Assembly: GCA_043228905.1 (NCBI GenBank)
Contig: JBHGNT010000009.1
Location: forward strand, 2,666,001 to 2,730,000
Source of the DNA: Azolla caroliniana
Taxonomy: Eukaryota; Plantae; Polypodiophyta
Length of the DNA: 64,000 bases
Direction: 5' to 3'
This document shows, in pieces, positions 38,801-52,120 of this stretch; position 1 is the first letter of the stretch, and the number at the start of each line of letters is the position of its first letter. The position numbers and the translations under genes are program-made. Under the pieces are notes generated by a model, which saw only the letters and a program-made list of their open reading frames with translations, searched no databases and was not told the DNA's origin.

Positions 38801-41800
38801 TAGCCTTGGTGTTTATAGATAGTTGGTTTGTTCTTTATATCGTAGTAGGTTTAAGTTTTTGCTCATTTGCAATGTACAGGCATGTGTGACTTTGTCAAAA
38901 AATATTGGCGAAGAAAGGACTGAACTCGAATTATTGCCACAGTGCTGGGAACAGGTACATAATATTGACATTCTGGGGAAATGCAGCTGTATACTTATTC
39001 TGGAACTTCAAAACATTTTCAAGTTGCAGTTTGTTTGTAACGAATCCGAATTATCTGGTAGACAATAGTGATGAGAGGCAATGGGGAATATCTGGGGCTA
39101 TCTTACAATTGCGAGGAGTGGGTTGTAGTTTCTAACCCTTGCCTTCTATGGCTCCCTATAAAATGTACAATCCATTGTGTAGCCTGTTGGATCACATGTT
39201 GCTTTGTGAGATAGAGTCTTTCTTGGTGGTATTTCTGTTACTATGCTTTTCCTATTAAAAGCCTTTATACAATCTGTTGTCACATGTTATTTTGTGATAA
39301 AGAGTCTTTCATGGTGTTTTATTCCTACAGTTGTCCTAGTAAAAACCTTCATAGCATCTTTTCTCTTTCCTGCTATTTCCCCCATCAGTAATGTAATTTA
39401 TGCTGTCCATATTTTCACCTTTGAAAACCACTTGCTAAGGAAGTTTATGTTAAAGCATAGCATTCTATCTCAAAATTGAGATTCAGTCACCATAACTGGA
39501 AGATGCAATGATTTGGGGAGTAAATGTTCTGTTCATAGAACTTAAAGCGTTTCTTTGGTGTTATGTTTCTATATATTTTTCTTTTATAACTATGTACATT
39601 TTTTTTAGAGATGAATGAGCATAGGTATTCAAAAATAGCAGTCATGTTTCTAAAAGGCATACAATTGTATCAATGTCAGTGCTATTGGGTTGATTAATGG
39701 ATGTGATTTGTTTCTAATAGATCAATCACAAGTATGAGGAGCGGAGATTGTTGGTGGCACAATCATGTGGGCAATTGGCACAGTTCGTTAAATCTGAGAT
39801 GCGAACATCTCTTATCCTGTCAATAATTCAACAACTGATGGAGGATCCTGCTGCAATGGTTCGGGAGGCGGCCAGTCACAATCTTGCTATCTTGCTTCCA
39901 TGTATTCCAAGCATGGACAAGTATTTCAAGGTCAGAACTGCTTAATATGCTGAAGGGACAAACTTGGAGCAGAATATATGAATTTGCAAGAGTAAAATCA
40001 GAAAGTAAGCACAGCAAGATTCAGGGAGAGAGACAAAATAAAAGAGAAAGAAACTGCCTCTCTCTTATGATTTCTTTTGATTATAGGTTGAGGAGTTGAT
40101 GTTTCGGCTAATATTGGATCCATCTGGAATAGTGGTGGAAACAACCCTCAAAGAGCTTTTACCTGCAGTAGTGATATGGGGGAAGGAAGGAAATCAGCCT
40201 CTGAGCCAGCTTCTTCGGGTTTTGTTTTCACACATCCTGGGTTCTGCACAGGTACAGCAATAGCATCTCGAAAACATATTACCTTTTTTCTGCAATAGTC
40301 ATTACTAGATCATGGATTTATGTAATTTGTATTGAACTGAGTCTATGGTTTTTGGCATGCTCTTAGTATTCATCAACCAGGATGCTTGATGTTTATCTAC
40401 TTTACTTATTTTCTCCTCTAGAGGGAAGCATGTGCAGCACCTCACATTGACAAAGTGGGAAATCAGTGCATGTATATATATGTGATGCATTTAATTTGTA
40501 TGACCATTTCCTTGTTATATCAGCGTTGCCCACCTGCATCAGGAGTTGAGGGTACATTGGATTCTCGTCTGAGGGTTCTGGGGGAGAGGGAACGTTGGAA
40601 TTTGGATGTTCTGTTGAGAATGCTGACTGATTTATTATGTGAGGTTGCAAAACTTGCTAGAGCAACCTTTCCTTACCGAATAAATTTTGGTAATGAAGCT
40701 GAACAGGAAGAACCATTCTTCTCAGAGAGCTTGATCAGGCACCATCTCAGGTGAACATGTCTCTGCTGCTCATATTTCCTTCGAATTTTCCTTGATGCTG
40801 AAACCTTTGACAACAGCGTTCAGGGTGAATGGTCAGCGTTTGATTGGCTGCATGTGGACTGTTTGCCAATGTTGTTGCAATTGGCATCCCTGCTTTCATC
40901 TGCTGAGGACTCTCTTCGTAGTAGATTAACGAAGGTTGTATGCATACTTGTCTGGCTCTTTAATAGGCATTTAGGTGCACCTTTTTCTTGTAGTTATTCA
41001 TTGTAAATAATATTTGGACAGGTTCTTCTAGAGATTATCAAACAATTTGGGAACCATTACCTGTCTATCATCATGTTACCAATTTTTTTCACAGCAGTCG
41101 GAGATATCACAGACTTACCTGAATTTCCAGCTACCCTTACTTCTCGAGTTAAAGGTTAGCAATTGGCATTCTGATGCACATGGCATGTCAGCTATTTTAC
41201 TATTTCATTTCTTATTTTCTAAGACAATAATGGGATTGGCAGACTTGAAGCCGAAGACAGACATAGACGAGCGCTTGGCAGTATTGTGTATCCTTCCACT
41301 TCTATTAGCAGGAGTATTAGGAGTACCATCAATGCGAGAACAACTTCCAATTTATTTGCGGTCTCTAGTTTTTCATCAAGTTTCAAAACATGGTGCTCTA
41401 TCTCCAACTCATACCCCAGAGCTTATCAATGCTATGCGGTTTCTGTGGTGTGTGGTACCTTTAAATTCACAAGTTTCTAATCCGTTAGTTTTTTATTATT
41501 AATGTGCAATAATCAGAACCAGCATTATCTTGTTACGATATCTTTACAATACCATTAAATATCATGTTGTAGTGGAAACACTGAATGCTCGTATTCTTTT
41601 TAGTAGTTGTCTAGGATATTGGATATTATAATAGCATAGGTACATTGCATGAGGTTTCATTGAACAAAAAGAAAAGTACAAATTTTTATAGATATTTCTG
41701 AAGTGGATTTGAAGTAGAGTAGAGAAAAGTAATGTATAAAATCTTACAAGTCACAATTTCTTCATTCTGGGATATGCAATACATCATAATGAGTTATATT

Positions 41801-43103
41801 CTAAATAAAATGATTATTTTTTGTTTATTTTACAGCACGTTTGAGGAGCATCATTCTATCATTATTAATGTACTGTGGGAGCTCGTTGTAAATTCAAATG
41901 CTGATGTGAAAATTAGTGCAGCAATGATAATGAAGATTCTTGTGGGTGCCCTTTTTTTGAGGTTGTTCTTGTTTTTTCTGCTCCATTCTATCCTTCAAAT
42001 CAATGATATGAAATTTGACAAAAACAGGTCCCGTATGTAGATGCAAAGGTTGCAACCCATGATATTTTGCCTGCACTAGTTACTCTGGGATCTGACCCGA
42101 ATCTTCTGGTTAAGTGTTCAAGTATTCAGGCATTTGGTGCTGTAGCTCAACATTTCAAAGACAATCTGGTATTTATCATCAGCTAAACAATGTCAAAATG
42201 CGAAGGCAAATTGGTACCAGACCTCATTTGAAACTCACTTGATGCGTGATTCATATTATTATCTTTATTGTCCAGATCACCGACAAGATACGGGTGCAAA
42301 TGGATGCTTTCTTGGAAGATGGATCTCACGAGGCTATTGTTGCAGTCATACGTACATTAGCTATTGCTGTTCCCCTAATGTCTGCAAATCTGAAGGACTA
42401 TATCCTTATTAGAACTTTCCTTGTTGGTTTTGTGAGTTGAGAGTGTTGCTATGTTCTGTTTTCCTTGACAAATAACACTTCTCCTCCAAAAGCTTTTGTT
42501 ATTGACAGGAGCAACATCAGTAGGAACAAATCTCATGCGCAGACGGGAAAAGGTCGATGCTTTTTGTGAAGCCATCCGGGCATTAGATGCTACTGGTAGC
42601 TCGTTTACTTTTACATGTGTCTCTGTTTTCTGCCATATGTTTATGAGGGCAATGTATTAAAATGCCATTCCTGTTGGCAATAATTCCCAAAATATTTATA
42701 GTCTACTTGGGTTTAAGTTATAACCAATCTAGTTGTTGTTGCAGATTTAGCTGCCACGAGTGTGAAGGAATTGCTTCTACCTGTGATACAGAATTTGCTG
42801 AAGGACCTAGATTCTCTTGATCCAGCTCATAAAGAAGCATTGGAGTCAATAGTGAAGGAAAGGTCTGGTGGAAGGCTAGAAATAATCACAAAAGCCATGG
42901 GAAACCACCTGAGCTTCTCGGGAGTGAGTAGCCTTTTTGGAGAGAATGTGTTTCATGCCAAAAAAGACACTCTTGATATGGCAATGGAGCCACAAACGCC
43001 AAACCCTTCTCAACCTCCTGTACAAGAAGAAACTCGTTTATTCAATCGGTTCATGCGAGGGAATTTTGGAGATATGATCAGAGGGAAGGGTCAAAACCAG
43101 TGA
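32846..43103 (+). CDS. RELCH: LisH, coiled-coil and HEAT repeat protein (RELCH/KIAA1468 homologue), ~1181 aa
   Basis: Exons 32846-33050, 35144-35299, 36015-36205, 36301-36405, 37615-37764, 37844-38383, 38465-38554, 38645-38773, 38880-38954, 39721-39930, 40087-40251, 40524-40750, 40817-40934, 41022-41154, 41243-41447, 41836-41941, 42028-42168, 42276-42399, 42479-42595, 42745-43103 (3546 nt, in frame). Family motifs YLLTAFEL, VKEYLLAAGYKLTAMTFYEE, LFNLIKRPDENQRRIIMD, ELLPQCWEQINHKYEERRLLVA. The start may be 32852. Confidence 0.92.
33334..33652. repeat. ~161-bp tandem duplication within a wider degenerate array in RELCH intron 1
   Basis: AAGTTTTTTGGTGTCT...CATTGCTGACATAGAAACA at ~33334 and ~33495. 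Confidence 0.85.
42400..42478 (+). other. U12-type AT-AC intron (79 nt)
   Basis: 5' site ATATCCTT at 42400; branch site TTCCTTGAC at 42461-42469; ends CAC at 42478; removal restores the frame LKDF-LLQKL. Confidence 0.92.
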
Positions 43104-44606
43104 TAAATCTCTAAGATGTATTTCAACTGAATCATAATGTCACATTTGTTTTGACACATAAATAAATAATAATTGCTTCCTATTTGCTTTATTGCATTCC
43201 ATGGCAAAATCTATTCGAAATCTAAAATAAATATTGATTAGTTGTTTGAAAGGGTCAAAACAATGATAATAAGTTTTAGTATCATGCGTTCCAAGTGATT
43301 ATTATGTAAGGTTCATTTTCCGTGCAAGGTTATGTAGTAATAGCTTATTACAAAATTTTTTATCAACTTTTGTTTACTAGATTATTAAATTGCAAGTTTT
43401 GAGCAATTGTAACTTTATTAAAGGGACAATTAAATAGTTGAACTATTGGCTTAGTGAAATCACGTTAGCGGTATAATAAAACTTGTATCAAGGTATCTTT
43501 ATGTGGAGAGAATACTACTTTTCCATGCCATCACGTAGGATTGTTCTCTTTGTTCATAGCTCTAAATGGTTCAATCAAGATTGCATGCAAATGAGGTAAG
43601 AGAAGATGAATTTCAAGACTAACAAGTTCGTATAAGCTCACGTGAGATAGGGTTTCAACTAATAGAGACTAGCTTTGCCATGATAAACACTAGATCGCCA
43701 AGTGTGGAACAACTTTTCTTGTTAGAGATCTAAAACATAACTATCTCATGTCTAATTATGGACTCCATGCAACAATCACTTGATTCTACTATCTTTGAGT
43801 GATAGAATAGTGAGGGGCCATCAACCTAACAAAGGTCACTTTGAGTGTATTGTACAATATAATCATGTTAACCAACATTGATATGTATATCAAATTGGAC
43901 AAACTTAAGAATGTAAAGAGGGATAGGTAAGATAAAAACCCAAAGTATGTTTCCATTACTTTGGTACAAGGGGTAATGAAAGCTGTAGTTGAGAATATAT
44001 GGGTTTAGGGTATATGATAATTTCTACTTGTGTTATAACCTTTTCTCTAGTCTCAATGGTTGAATATAGCGATGTGATGGAAATTGATATTAGCCATTAG
44101 AATACAACATTGAAATTTCATCGACATTTTGTCGCGTACCTCATTACAAAATAACATGCTTGAGTTATGAAGCTACGTTTCTACAACAACCGAAATCGTC
44201 ACCGACTTGGCTTTGCCAAGGGCTTGTTAACACGTAGTTATGATATTAGCACAAAACAAAAAACCTTGATGTCCGCAATAACACCATCTCGAACGAACGT
44301 GCGATTTGCATAGTTTTTGATACACTTTGTAAAAGGTGGTGGTGGCCCTTGTGAGGGAAGTCTCTTGCAAAATGCGTTGCGTGGGAAGGGGCTCTATCAG
44401 CCGCGACCACATGTGGGGGTCCGGTGAAGGAGCCCGGACAAGTGTGAAACCGGACATCAGTATGAAGCCGGACATTATATTACTTCGTCTGTGTACAGTT
44501 TATAATCAGTTCGCTTCTCTCTCTGTCTCTCTCTTTCTGTCTCTGTCTCTGTCTCTGTCTCTCTTACTGCCTATCCTTCGATCTCTGTCTGAAACTCTGT
44601 CTTTGC

Positions 44607-44790
44607 AAACCCTAAACGCGAATTCTCGCTTCTCGGAAGGACCGCGAAACCCTAAGGTCCTCTCCGCTTGACAACCGCCTCAAACACTGCAATTGTTTTC
44701 TCGCGAAAAAGTTCTCTGCTTGAGAACAAGAGGCAAACCCTAAACTTTCTCTCTCTGAGAGAAACCCCCCACCAAAACTCCAAACCCTAA
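44607..44790 (+). promoter_or_regulatory. four telo-boxes (AAACCCTAA) in the SF1 promoter/5'UTR
   Basis: At 44607, 44647, 44735, 44782, following a CT-rich tract. Confidence 0.6.
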
Positions 44791-44880
44791 ACCGTTAATT
44801 TTTTTTACCCCTACGGGGGAAGGGGTAAATCCGAAACACTTCAACTCTAACGTTCTCTGTGAGAACCCAAAAACGTTTCC

Positions 44881-47800
44881 ATGGACTCTTCTTGTTTTCC
44901 GCCAGGAGAACTCAACCCTTACCAACAACAACAGAAGCAACAACAATTTCAACAGGAGGAACACCAGTACCCTGCCTCCGACATCAGTTACCAATCTGGG
45001 TATATTTCTTCTTCGCAACAATTCAATGAGCAGCAAATGCATCATCAACCACAAAATCATGCCTTTGATCATCCACCTAAGACCGTTAATGATAATAATA
45101 ACATGGTCAATCAATCCTATGGCTATGATTATGGAAATCAGCAAATTGGTGGCGGTGATGGTGTAGCTCCAAATGCTGTTCATCAATCCTATGGTTATGA
45201 ATATGGAAATATTCCAAATAATGATGTTGGGGGAGGATCTAGATATGTTTATGAGCATTCTGGATACGGTTGTGAACAAGCTCCAAATTCTGATCCGTTG
45301 TTGTATAAGAAGGAAAATATTGATTATTATCAACAGCAAAAAGCAGACTCGGGGTATCAAGGGTCAAAAACTGAGTCCTTATATGGTTATCGGCATGAAA
45401 CTCAAGGAGAAAGCTTGGAAGTACCCATAAGGGACAGCAAACATGGGGTTGATTCGGTAGGATCAGTTGTTAATGTTTGGGGAAGTGAAACTTCTGTGGA
45501 GAGAGAAGGATTTGGTGGATGGATTTCGGAAGGAGGGGCACAAGATCAAGATCATATTACTAAGCCTAAAGATAGAGAAGAAGTACAAGAAGCTCCTTCT
45601 GGTGTTGGAGGTTGGATCAGTGAAGTGCAAGAGCATGGATTACATGGCATAAATGGTAGTGGTGATGGTGATAACAGTAAGGAAGGGATCACATCGAAGG
45701 CAAATGGCTCTAATGATGGATCTGGTCAGTTGGATAACTTATATATTCAGTCCCAATCTGCAAATCTATCACACAATGATGGATCCGAAGACAAAGGAAG
45801 GAAGAGAAGAAGCCGATGGGAACCTCAACAAGAAGGAGACACGGAGGAAAGCAACACATCTGAATCAAGTGGTAGGAGGAGGAAATCCCGGTGGTCTGCA
45901 GAAGAACCAAAACCACTTCTTGCTCAAATTCAATTGCCTGATTTTGTGAAGGAGCTAACAGGAGGAATGGAACTTGATCCCGAAGTTCAAGCCTTGAATA
46001 TTAAGCTGTTGGATATCAATAGGAGACTCCAAACTGGTCAAGTGCTTGATGATAGGGAGGACGGGAATAGGTCACCATCTCCTGAACCTATCTATGATAA
46101 TATGGGCATTCGGGTGAATACAAGAGAATTTAGAGCTCGCGAGAGAATGACTCGAGAGAGGCAAGAGGTGATTTCTGAATTGATCAAGCGGAATCCAGCC
46201 TTCAAGCCACCTGCTGATTATAGACCACCAAAATTGTACAAAAAGCTTTTCATCCCCGTGAAAGATTTTCCGGGTTATAACTTCATAGGTCTTATCATTG
46301 GACCCCGTGGGAACACCCAAAAGAGAATGGAGAGAGAGACAGGTGCAAAGATAGTGATAAGAGGTAAGGGTTCCGCCAAGGAGGGGAGGTTACCTCAAAA
46401 GAGAGATATGCGCCCTGATCCTGGGGAAAATGAAGATTTGCATGTCTTAGTTGAAGCTGATAATCAAGAAGCTCTAGAGAAGGCTGCGGGGATGGTAGAA
46501 AAGTTACTTATGCCAGTTGATGAAGGATTAAATGAGCATAAGAGGGCTCAATTAAGGGAGCTGGCTGCCCTTAATGGTACAATTCGTGATGATGAGATCT
46601 GTCGACTTTGTGGAGAACCTGGTCACAGGCAATATGCATGTCCCTCTCGGAATTCCACATTTAAAAGTGATGTGGTATGTAGAATATGTGGTGATGGTGG
46701 TCATCCCACTATTGATTGCCCTGTGAAGGGTTCAAGTCCAAGCAAGATGGATGATGAATATAAGAATTTCTTGGCAGAGCTTGGGGGTGGTCTCGATTCT
46801 GCCAATAGATCAGGTGGAGGTGATGCAGGACAAAGTCATCAGATGGGTCCCACATTGTCACTCACAGGCCCACCTGGTGCTACTTCTTCATGGGCAGGCA
46901 ATGGAGGGTCTATTTCACGACCTGGATTGGGTTCCAATCCTCTTCAACCAGGATCTAGGTTCAATAAAGATGGTGATGATCATAACCTATATGTGGGTTA
47001 CCTCCCTCAAACAGTAGATGACGATGCACTGATTAAGCTTTTCTCTCCTTTCGGTAAAATCGAGGATGTGAAGCTAATCAAGGACAGGATGACGGGGATA
47101 AGCAAGGGGTATGGGTTTGTGAAATTTGCTGATGTATCAATGGCAACAGTTGCAGTGCAGCATATGAATGGGTATAGGTTGGATGGGAAAGTATTGGCAG
47201 TAAGAATTGCTGGGAAGCCTCCGGGTCCAGGTACTATACCCAGTGTCCAACAAGGCTATCCTCCCCAACCACAGCCTCATCCACAATCACAGTCACAACC
47301 AGTAGCACAGCCACAGATCCCAAATCAGACTCTTGGTCCGCCAGGTGGTGGTTTTATGCGACCTCCTCCACCATGGAATTCAACTCAGACATCACCTTTC
47401 CAACCTGGACCACCTGGAGGCCCACAGGTACCATACCCACCTTATGGAGGCCACTATCCAACACCTATGGGACCTTCGTCGGCTCCCCCTGGCGTATCTC
47501 CTCAAGGACCTCCTGGAGGAGGTATGCAAGGGCCACCGATCCACAGTATGCCCATGATGCCTAGACCAATGGGTTTTGGTCCTGGTAGTGGTCCACCTCA
47601 ACAAGGACCTCCTGGTGCTTTTCCTCCATATCCTCCGAATCCTTCTTTTGGTGGTTATTATGGTGCTCCTCCAAATTCTATGCCCCTTCCGAGTGGTGGT
47701 GGTGGGCCTCCTCCTTGGGCAATACCTCCTGGTGGTAGTAGTGTAGCACCACCTCCATGGACAACTGGAGTCTCTAATGCTTCTCCTCCTCCATGGGCAA

Positions 47801-47904
47801 CAGGCAGTAACACTACTCCAACTTCAGCCCCCTCTACCCAACAGCCCCAGGGTGAGGGTGTGGAGTCTGAATATGAAAAATTCATGTCTGAGATGGGACG
47901 GTGA
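44881..47904 (+). CDS. SF1: splicing factor 1 / branch-point binding protein, 1007 aa, intronless CDS
   Basis: ULM-like motifs RKRRSRW and [22 protein letters not shown]2 ([14 protein letters not shown]...[10 protein letters not shown]), two Zn knuckles, plant-type RRM (LYVGYL / KGYGFVKF), Pro-rich tail ending EYEKFMSEM. Confidence 0.97.
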   Translation: MDSSCFPPGELNPYQQQQKQQQFQQEEHQYPASDISYQSGYISSSQQFNEQQMHHQPQNHAFDHPPKTVNDNNNMVNQSYGYDYGNQQIGGGDGVAPNAVHQSYGYEYGNIPNNDVGGGSRYVYEHSGYGCEQAPNSDPLLYKKENIDYYQQQKADSGYQGSKTESLYGYRHETQGESLEVPIRDSKHGVDSVGSVVNVWGSETSVEREGFGGWISEGGAQDQDHITKPKDREEVQEAPSGVGGWISEVQEHGLHGINGSGDGDNSKEGITSKANGSNDGSGQLDNLYIQSQSANLSHNDGSEDKGRKRRSRWEPQQEGDTEESNTSESSGRRRKSRWSAEEPKPLLAQIQLPDFVKELTGGMELDPEVQALNIKLLDINRRLQTGQVLDDREDGNRSPSPEPIYDNMGIRVNTREFRARERMTRERQEVISELIKRNPAFKPPADYRPPKLYKKLFIPVKDFPGYNFIGLIIGPRGNTQKRMERETGAKIVIRGKGSAKEGRLPQKRDMRPDPGENEDLHVLVEADNQEALEKAAGMVEKLLMPVDEGLNEHKRAQLRELAALNGTIRDDEICRLCGEPGHRQYACPSRNSTFKSDVVCRICGDGGHPTIDCPVKGSSPSKMDDEYKNFLAELGGGLDSANRSGGGDAGQSHQMGPTLSLTGPPGATSSWAGNGGSISRPGLGSNPLQPGSRFNKDGDDHNLYVGYLPQTVDDDALIKLFSPFGKIEDVKLIKDRMTGISKGYGFVKFADVSMATVAVQHMNGYRLDGKVLAVRIAGKPPGPGTIPSVQQGYPPQPQPHPQSQSQPVAQPQIPNQTLGPPGGGFMRPPPPWNSTQTSPFQPGPPGGPQVPYPPYGGHYPTPMGPSSAPPGVSPQGPPGGGMQGPPIHSMPMMPRPMGFGPGSGPPQQGPPGAFPPYPPNPSFGGYYGAPPNSMPLPSGGGGPPPWAIPPGGSSVAPPPWTTGVSNASPPPWATGSNTTPTSAPSTQQPQGEGVESEYEKFMSEMGR

Positions 47905-47912
47905 AGTGACAG

Positions 47913-49341
47913 GTATTTAATCTGCCTTACAGAGATTTCTAACTTATAATTGTTTTTGTTAGCTTCTAATGTACGTTTTCGTGCTAACATCTAAGAATTG
48001 TAAAATCTTCTAAACAACAGTTGTATGTGTTCTTTTAAGGCCTTAAAAATCGGATGTATGTTGTATGTTTTAAAGCTAACATAGTAAGATTGTTCAAACA
48101 TGAAGATTTTTTGCAACTGATAATTTAGCTTCTCATGTGTCAGTAAATAATTACATAGTAAAGTGATTTAAACATTAGATTGTAGTTTCATATTCATTGA
48201 TTTTTCTGGGTCAAGTCAACTACTAATTTTTGTGCTAAAGCCAAATCTGAGATATATAGTGAAAACATCTACAGCGGTATAGCGGAGAGTATAATCCTTA
48301 CATTTTCAGGGTTAACTTGTAGTATATGCGACATGTGCTCATACTAATACACTAATACAGTAAAGTCATCCAAACCTGAGCTGGGTTATTGTACTTCTTG
48401 AATATTTGAGGTTAACTTATAATGTATGTGTTAATGCTAACATCAACTTATAAAAACATGAGATATGGTTTATAATTCAGATATTTTTATATGACATGTA
48501 ATTGAGTTTGTTATCCTTAGATTCTGTGTAATGTATGTATTAATCCTAACACAGGACAGTCATAGATTGTGTAGTATACTTTATGTGTTAATGCTAACAT
48601 AAAATGTTCAGTATAGTGAAGTCATTCAGACATAAAATTTAATTCTCAGATGTAACTTATGCATGAATGCTAGCATATACTAAAGTCATTCAAACAATAG
48701 ATGGAATTGTTAAGGTTAACTTATAATGTGCAAATTCAACATTGTTAAGTCATTCAAATATGAGATGAGCAGTTTCCATAGTTCGGCATAGTTGTGTGAT
48801 GCTTTAGCTGTGCATGACAAATTGATTTTCTCGTAGGTGGAATGCCGGAGAATCAAAAGCTAACATGGTTTGAATGGTGTTTTACACATTGGCTGGCAGG
48901 TTGAAGCAGTTCTGCTCTTGACTTATCTGTTGTAGAGTCTGAATTGAGACATGCTAATCTTTTAATTGATAGCAGAGAATATTTGTGCAAAGAGAAACTG
49001 AGAGCAATCTACACTGATAGTGGGTTTATTCTTCTGAATTCTGTTCTATGACATACTTAACACTTTTGTTTTTGTCTTTTCGTGTGAAGTCCAGAGACTA
49101 ATGCTTGATCTGTATCTTGCATCCAACAGCGTATCATAATTGTCAGTTTGGAGGCTTCTAATCATTGGCTGATTGATGGTTTATTAAATTTTATGGTGGT
49201 TATGTTAAATTTATGAAGTTTTCTAGTCTTATTATACTGACCAGTTATCATAGTTTTTGTGTTGGTTCTAATGTCTTTTTTACAAGTATCGAAGCTCATT
49301 CTTGTTTTCATTTCAGATGTTTTGGGTATTATTTTCTGCAG
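47913..49341 (+). other. predicted SF1 3'UTR intron(s)
   Basis: CAG|GTATTT donor 8 nt after the stop; candidate acceptors TTTTCTCGTAG (48836) and TTTTCTGCAG (49341). Confidence 0.5.
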
Positions 49342-49818
49342 GGTTTGCACAAGGTGTGGCGTGTCACGAGTGTATATTTCGATTAACTTTTTTATTTTGT
49401 TTACTAAAACTGCTTTTCTTTCTTAGAGTCAAAGATATGACAGGTTTATGGAGTTGTATATAGGTAGGTAGGTAGCTCGATGTTTTTCTAAACGGGGTCA
49501 ATTTATTTAAATGAATTTAATTTCCTGGTTTTAAAATAATTGGTAGTAGCAGTACACGTCTCAGGTAATCTATATCTAAGCACTTGACTAACATTAATAT
49601 AGAAGCTTGCAAATTTTAGATTTGTGACTTGATTGCAGGAAATGTGGGGCTTGATGAGATATGTGAATAAAACAATTTTTATGATTGTAGGTGTTTATTT
49701 GTCCTTGAAAACAAAAACAAAGCTTAGTCCTAAAAAATTAGCTGCTGCATCAGATGTGTTTTTGTATGATGTCGAGAATGCCACTCTAACATGTATGGCT
49801 GTGTGTTGTTAGAAAGCA

Positions 49819-50207
49819 TTGCCATCGAATACTTGTTGGGTTATCTATGTACACTATGATCGAAACAAAAAAAGCTTGGATGAAGCATACTATGCTGTAA
49901 GTGGAAACATGTTTCCATTCGGTGTTACAATTTTGCCCAGGTGGTCATAGATTATGTTTTCTTTTAATCCCCAAAGTTTGTGGGTAGGGAGAAAAGACCA
50001 TGCAGATATCCAAAGTTAGAAAGAATTGCCATGGAATAGTCGTTGGGTTATCTATGTACACTCTGATCACAAAAAAAGCTTGGATGAATAAGGGTGGAAA
50101 CATGTTTTCGTTTGGTATTACAAGCCCCCCCAGGTGGTAGATCATATTTTCTAATTCCCGCAAGTTTGTGGGTAGGGAGGAAAGACTCTGCAGATATCCA
50201 AAGTTAG
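49819..50207. repeat. ~207-bp-period imperfect tandem duplication
   Basis: GTTGGGTTATCTATGTACACT ... GCAGATATCCAAAGTTAG occurs twice. Confidence 0.85.
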
Positions 50208-51236
50208 GATATAACATTATAAGATTCTATATGTGAAAGCTGGATTGTATGTTAAGACAGTAATACAAGTATTTCCGATTCTTAGTTGTTTCGTCTTGGA
50301 AATGCATTTAGAATTGGTAGTGGGCATCCATTCATCTTCACAGCTGAATGTCTTGAAAGAGATAATAGGTAGCTATCATTTTTTGTTGCTTGAGCTCCCT
50401 ACTTTCAATCAACCGTTTACTAGCATCTTCTAGTTTCAAACTTTAATGTTTCTCATGTCCACCAAATAAATTAATAGATATTATTATTATTATGTTATGA
50501 CTTGCTTCTCATGGAAAGTAGTTTCTTGATCAGAATTATTCCTGAATCACATCCACATATGCAACGTCTCTATCATCTTATTAATGTTGCTAGAGTTTTA
50601 ACTTCCGGATACAAGCAATCTCTTGACATTACAAGGGACGGTTTATTTCTTTTTAAAGTAAACACTACATGTGTTTTGCGTGTCATAGAAGGGAATTGCG
50701 AAGAAGTGATAAATTATAATAAGAGAAGTGAAGTTTGGTTTCATTACTAATGCTAAAAGGTGTTGCAAAGCTGTGATTGTCTCACTTTTGTAGGCAATTG
50801 AGACATTTTACAATTGATACTTTTTGTATAATGTATAGCATATCACAGCATGATTCCCTTGACAGCTTGATGTTAATGAGGGTATTTTCTCTCTTGTACC
50901 CCACTGAAGCGTGTTTTGCTCATTATTTGAAAAGTGGAACAATATGGCAGTGGTGCCATTTTCCGTTCTTGACCTTTCATGTATGGCTGAAAAGCTAGTT
51001 TCCAACATGAGTGTCGATCAGTCACTGTCTAGGTTGAAAGTCTCATGCTCTACTTCATTATCTACAGTAAATTTTTGTTGGTCCATATGTGGACTTTCAA
51101 AGTTCATGGAAAGCAATAAAAATGCATTGAATGTTATAAACACGTGTTACGATGTCAATTTAGTAAGACTTCCCTGCACATTTGGAATGACCATCAAGTC
51201 AGATAAATCAATTGAGTGGTTGATTATGAACTCGCA

Positions 51237-51475
51237 ATACTGAATTTCCCTGTAAATCAACTTCAAGTATTCTGTTTGATGGTAAAACACTCTTTTAGAG
51301 GACCCAGTTGTACACATTTGTAGGGCGTGAGACACAAGCACAAATGAATTTCCACACCCAATTGTCACCCATTTATCTCTGATGAAGAATCTTGGTTTAG
51401 AAAGATACTGAATTTCCTTGTAAACCCATTTCAAGTATTCTGTTTGATGGGAAAACGTCCTTGTAGAGGACCTGG
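51237..51475. repeat. ~169-bp-period duplication
   Basis: ATACTGAATTTCC...TTCAAGTATTCTGTTTGATGG...TAGAGGACC occurs twice. Confidence 0.8.
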
Positions 51476-51756
51476 ATCTATACATTTGTAGAGATGAAGT
51501 GTTTTGGTTTAGAAAGATATTGAATATGATCTGTAAGGGTGCATTGTCGTGAATCCATCTCTATGACGAAGTTCCAAATACATGCCTGAAATTAATGTGA
51601 TACTATGAGAAAATGTCACAAAAGAAGGATACATAAATGCATAGAACGTAATATTCGTGTTCGTGCAAGCATTCCAACGTTTGGAAACGAACACGTTTGA
51701 AATGGGAAAAATACGTGCTCCTTTCTTTTTTCTTTTGTTTCATTTATTACTATTAC

Positions 51757-52120
51757 AATTTAGCTCACCCTTGTAGTAAAGAGTCATGCTATTGTTGTCT
51801 ATGTCTTGGGTTTGATTCCCAATTTTCTCATCTCTCTCTCTCTCTCTCTCTCTCATATTAGTATCATGTCATAGCAAAATTTTATTAGTATTATAATAGT
51901 TTTTTCTTTTATTTTTTTGTGGTAAGTTGTTAGTGGTAAGTTGTTGTGCTACTATTACTTGTGTCTTGGGTTTGATTCCTAACTTTTGCATATCCTCTTA
52001 TTAGTGTCATGGCAAAATTTTATGTTAGTGTCATGTTCCTTTTTCTTTCTTTTTTTCTTTATTTCTTATTAGAAATTAGGTCACCCTAGTGGTAACTTGT
52101 TATGGTAATACTGCTTATGT
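51757..52120 (+). mobile_element. three decayed copies of tRNA-like module B
   Basis: TAGTGGTAAG...TGTCTTGGGTTTGATTCC-like sequences at ~51757, ~51931 and ~52074 (partial), similar to 4318-4395. Confidence 0.5.

Noticed and set aside
44740-45360. 206-aa antisense ORF
   Set aside because: Shadow of the Q/N-rich SF1 codons.
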